Source: Promethearchaeota archaeon (GTDB lineage: Archaea; Asgardarchaeota; Lokiarchaeia; Sigyniarchaeales; SOKP01). From it: a stretch of 64,000 bases of DNA. Position numbers and translations under genes: made by a program. Below the pieces are notes generated by a model. That model saw only the letters and a list, made by a program, of their open reading frames with translations, searched no databases and had not been told where the DNA came from. Position 1 is the stretch's first letter. Each line of letters begins with the position of its first letter. Below are positions 60,733 to 64,000 of this stretch, piece by piece. Location: contig JAHPZE010000001.1 in the NCBI GenBank assembly GCA_019058365.1, positions 32,001 through 96,000 of the forward strand. Reading direction: 5' to 3'.

Positions 60733-62040
60733 ATGGTAAAAGAAATAGAAGTAGAACCTGTCACTAGATTAGAGGGGCATGGTGGGATGAGGGTAGTTCT
60801 TAATGATGATGGAACGGTAAATGATGTTCAATTTAATATCCAATCAACGAGATTTTTTGAAAAATTTGTTGAAGGACGTTATTGTGAACATATTCCAAGA
60901 ATCACTCCAAGAATCTGCGGAATTTGTCCAATACCTCATCATTTAACTCCTACTAAGGCAGTAGAAGATGCTTGGGGCGTTCAGATTCCTCCAGCAGCAT
61001 ACAAATTGCGTCAATTATTACAAAACGCAAAGCAATATTCATCACATGCTATTCATTTCTTTGCATTAGCTGCTCCTGATTTCTTAGTCGGCCCTTTTGG
61101 GAATCCTGCCGAAAGAAATGTGGTTCATGTAATTAATAAAATGCCTGATGTTGGAAAAATGGCGTTAAAAATGATGGATTTCGGTCAAAAACTATGTGCC
61201 GCTGTAGGTGGTAAAGCTGTCCATCCAATCTCAGCGATAGTTGGAGGTATGAAAAAACCATTAGATGAAGATGTAAGGGATAAATTTCTCAAGGTTGTTG
61301 ATGAACAAATAGAATTTACTAAGAAAACGGTTGATATAGCATTAAAAGTAGTCGAAGATTATTGGAATGTGATAGCAAATGTCGCAGTTGTACCTACTTA
61401 CTATTTAGGGATGACTAAAAACGGAGTTCATGATATTTATGACGGAGATATTCGGATTGTTTCTCCAACTGGAGAAAAAACGGATTATAAACCTCAGAAC
61501 TATTTGGATGCGTTAGGAGAACATATTCCAGAACACTCATACGCGACACATATGTACTATAAGCCAGCAGGTTATCCTGAAGGTATTTATCGAGCAAATA
61601 CCTTAGCAATGATTAATTGTGCTGACAAAATGGCCACACCATTAGCAGATGGAGCTTTAAAGGCAATGAGAGAAAAAATAGGGACTAATGTAATACACCA
61701 TACTTTCGCATATCATTGGGCTAGAATCATCGAATTGGTTGAATCTATTGAGATGGTTGCTACTTTACTTAAGGATCCTGATGTGGTTAATCCTGATTGT
61801 AAAACATTAGATGTACAACCAAGAGAAGGAAATGGAGTCGGTGTGACTGAAGCACCTAGAGGATTGCTTTTATATAATATCTGGTCGGATGCTGAGGGTA
61901 TATGTAAGAAATGTAACCTATTAGTTGCCACTAACCATAATATCGCGGGGATCGAAAAGACACTTATGCATGCTGCTAAGCAAATATTTGAAGACAAGGC
62001 GTTAGAAGGATTGAAATTACCAGATCCATGGATAAGATAA
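60733..62040 (+). CDS. mvhA: F420-non-reducing hydrogenase large subunit, split VhuA type
   Basis: TRLEGHG, RICGICPIPH, EAPRG, VATNHN; lacks the C-terminal DPCxxCxxH motif. Confidence 0.93.
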   Translation: MVKEIEVEPVTRLEGHGGMRVVLNDDGTVNDVQFNIQSTRFFEKFVEGRYCEHIPRITPRICGICPIPHHLTPTKAVEDAWGVQIPPAAYKLRQLLQNAKQYSSHAIHFFALAAPDFLVGPFGNPAERNVVHVINKMPDVGKMALKMMDFGQKLCAAVGGKAVHPISAIVGGMKKPLDEDVRDKFLKVVDEQIEFTKKTVDIALKVVEDYWNVIANVAVVPTYYLGMTKNGVHDIYDGDIRIVSPTGEKTDYKPQNYLDALGEHIPEHSYATHMYYKPAGYPEGIYRANTLAMINCADKMATPLADGALKAMREKIGTNVIHHTFAYHWARIIELVESIEMVATLLKDPDVVNPDCKTLDVQPREGNGVGVTEAPRGLLLYNIWSDAEGICKKCNLLVATNHNIAGIEKTLMHAAKQIFEDKALEGLKLPDPWIR

Positions 62041-62076
62041 ACTAAATCAAAATTAATATAGAGTGTGAACAAAAAA

Positions 62077-62226
62077 ATGAGTGATATACCAGAAGGAGTA
62101 GTAAATGTTCTAGAGATGGTAGTCCGCTGTTTTGATTGTTGACTATCGTGTGCCGCTCACATCACTGTGGTTGATGAGAGAGGTAAAGAAATTTACTCTC
62201 GTGAGCTAAATGTTGGTTTAGGATGA
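62077..62226 (+). CDS. vhuU: Selenocysteine-containing hydrogenase peptide VhuU
   Basis: MSDIPEGVVNVLEMVVRCFDCULSCAAHITVVDERGKEIYSRELNVGLG*; in-frame TGA 62140-62142 at the Ni-ligand position; supplies the motif missing from the large subunit. Confidence 0.92.
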
Positions 62227-62285
62227 AATATCTAATAAAAATTATAGATTGGATATGACTGCCCTTGCATGGGTAAAAACCAACA
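62211..62285 (+). promoter_or_regulatory. SECIS-like structured RNA element
   Basis: AUGA(62223-6)...AUCUA/AUAAAAAUUA/UAGAU...GA(62252-3); second hairpin UGCCC/GGGUA; outer 9-bp stem UGUUGGUUU/AAACCAACA. Confidence 0.6.
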
Positions 62286-62331
62286 AATAATAAAAAATGA
62301 ATAAAAAACTCGAAAAAAAAAGTGAAAAAAA

Positions 62332-62865
62332 ATGGCATTACCATTAGGTATAGATTTTGAATTTAGGAAATTGATTATGGACGTCCATGTGTCATCTGAT
62401 AAAATCAAATACTGTTATCAATGTAACAGATGTACAGATAATTGTCCAGTCGCAGCAGTTCAAAATCCTTTCTATCGGGAGGTTACAAATTGCTTTGATC
62501 CCAGATTAATTGTGTTAACTACGCTTTTGGGGTATAAAGATATTGTAATGGCTGTAGCGGGGACAAAATCAGCTCTAATTCCATGGGGTTGCACTGTTTG
62601 TGATACGTGTGATTCTGTCTGTCCGCAAGACATAGAAGTCACCGAGATTATTACTTTAGCAAAAAACGTAACTACTGGGGCTGGATTAGCACCAGACAAT
62701 GTCGTAGCTCAAGCAAAAACTGTTTTTGAGAGTGGGAAAGCTATTCCCTCTCAACCAGCGATCGAGAGAAGACGTGAGCAATTAGGCTTACCAGCTGTGG
62801 TAGCACCAAATGTAAATGAAGTACAATCTTTATTAAAGGCAATAGGTGCAGATAAAAAATTATAA
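62332..62865 (+). CDS. hdrC: Heterodisulfide reductase subunit C-like
   Basis: CYQCNRCTDNCP, WGCTVCDTCDSVCPQ, RREQLGLP. Confidence 0.88.
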   Translation: MALPLGIDFEFRKLIMDVHVSSDKIKYCYQCNRCTDNCPVAAVQNPFYREVTNCFDPRLIVLTTLLGYKDIVMAVAGTKSALIPWGCTVCDTCDSVCPQDIEVTEIITLAKNVTTGAGLAPDNVVAQAKTVFESGKAIPSQPAIERRREQLGLPAVVAPNVNEVQSLLKAIGADKKL

Positions 62866-63746
62866 TGGAGGTTAAAAAAATGACAGAATATAAAATGTTT
62901 GAAGGATGTGTTATAGGGAACAGAATTCCATTTATTGAAGCAGCTTCCAGAAAAGTTTTAGACAAAATTGGAATACAAACATCACAAGCTCCATTTGCCT
63001 GTTGTCCAGATCCTACTGGAGTAAAAAGCTTTGATAATACAGCTTGGCTCGCTTTGGGTGCTCGAAACTTATGTTTAGCAGAAGCTGAAGGCAAAGATAT
63101 AATCTCATTATGTAATGGCTGTACTAATACGCTTCGTGGAGTACAACATCAATTAAAACATGATTCCAATAAAAAAGAAGCTATCAATAAAGAATTAGCT
63201 AAGATTGGAAAAAATTATAAAGGTTCAATTGATGTAAAGCATTTTGTTGACGTTTTAAGGTCAAATTTGGATTCGATAAAAAGTGCAATTACGAAGCAGA
63301 TGGGTGATCTAAAGGTTGCTTGTCATCCTGGTTGTCATTACATGCGTCCTGTTGAATGGATGGAGTCTGATGATCCATTACGTCCAAAAAATTTGAAAGA
63401 GCTCGTTGCTGTTTCAGGAGCAAATGTAGTTGACTATGATGAATTGGCTTTATGCTGTGGAAATGCTGTTGCTGGTCCATTTCCAGAATATGGAGATGCA
63501 ATATTAAAGCAAAAATATGATTCAATTAAAAAAGCAGGTGCAAATTGTATTGTTGTAAACTGCCCTGCATGTTTCCAACGATTAGATGGAGAACAACGTA
63601 ATCTTTCAAAGAAATTTGAAACCGAATATAATATTCCGGTACTATATATAACAGAATTGTTAGCTTTAGCTATGGGTGTCAGTTCTGAGGAGATTGGCTT
63701 AAAAAACCATCGAACCAGGCGCGATACAGCTATAGAAAACCTTTAA
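62865..63746 (+). CDS. hdrB: Heterodisulfide reductase subunit B
   Basis: FEGC, CCP, CNGC, HPGCH, CCG, CPAC; start may be ATG 62880. Confidence 0.92.
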   Translation: MEVKKMTEYKMFEGCVIGNRIPFIEAASRKVLDKIGIQTSQAPFACCPDPTGVKSFDNTAWLALGARNLCLAEAEGKDIISLCNGCTNTLRGVQHQLKHDSNKKEAINKELAKIGKNYKGSIDVKHFVDVLRSNLDSIKSAITKQMGDLKVACHPGCHYMRPVEWMESDDPLRPKNLKELVAVSGANVVDYDELALCCGNAVAGPFPEYGDAILKQKYDSIKKAGANCIVVNCPACFQRLDGEQRNLSKKFETEYNIPVLYITELLALAMGVSSEEIGLKNHRTRRDTAIENL

Positions 63747-63761
63747 GCTAATATCTATAAA

Positions 63762-63788
63762 TTATTTTTATTTTTTTTTATTTTCTTT
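63762..63788 (+). terminator. U-rich archaeal terminator candidate
   Basis: Long T tracts directly after the hdrB stop. Confidence 0.45.
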
Positions 63789-64000
63789 AACATTATTATA
63801 ACGATTGTAAAGTTTAAATAATAAAGAATTATTTAATAAATTGGAATTTTATAATTTTGTACAATTACACAATTCCATTGTATTTATCTCAGGGATTATT
63901 AAGTAATATGAAATAAATAATAAAATGTAATTAAGATAATCATGTTTAATTTAAAGCGTGACGTTCCTTGGTTTTTCCAATATCTTGAATATTATTATCA

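Noticed and set aside
62224-62235. Second Sec at the vhuU terminal TGA
   Set aside because: Readthrough would add only U-N-I in the tail expected to be cleaved; no motif supports it.
365-63525. Numerous short antisense or overlapping ORFs in the track (e.g. 605-961, 4533-4826, 13564-13914, 53769-54134, 61713-62072)
   Set aside because: They lie opposite or inside well-supported genes and show no motifs.
1-64000. IS elements, integrase, provirus, CRISPR array, rRNA
   Set aside because: No transposase or recombinase ORF, terminal inverted repeats, repeat-spacer array or tRNA 3'-end duplication was found by eye.

Overview
AT-rich archaeal chromosomal segment. Gene content and style point to an Asgard archaeon, most likely Lokiarchaeia (inference; no search run). 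Core metabolism: formylmethanofuran dehydrogenase (fwdG/F-like/D/B/C near 2-5 kb, fwdA alone at 44-46 kb), FdhD, MobA, KorAB, HdrCBA, a second HdrCB behind an Mvh/Vhu-type hydrogenase, hypF/D/E, purF and UDP-glucose dehydrogenase. These are interleaved with accessory genes (membrane TIR protein, Znu-type ABC transporter with a DtxR regulator, CheB-CheR-PAS kinase, FAD-oxidase/CCG operon, PI-PLC-like, IolI-like) and many pseudogene scraps. Items absent from or unexplained by the ORF track: (1) a 49-aa selenoprotein VhuU with an in-frame TGA and a eukaryote-like SECIS candidate overlapping its stop codon; (2) a tRNA-Cys(GCA) with a BHB intron at 33/34 and a long variable arm; (3) four accessory blocks, each bracketed by a diverged, broken copy of the terminus of the neighbouring gene, with no integrase or IS in the window; (4) a DapA-family aldolase fused to formaldehyde-activating enzyme; (5) a 36-aa Trp/acidic micropeptide with a GGAGG RBS; (6) tandem VWA-like/C4HC3 zinc-finger paralogs. 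No CRISPR array, rRNA or transposase was seen. All calls come from motif recognition and manual reading only.
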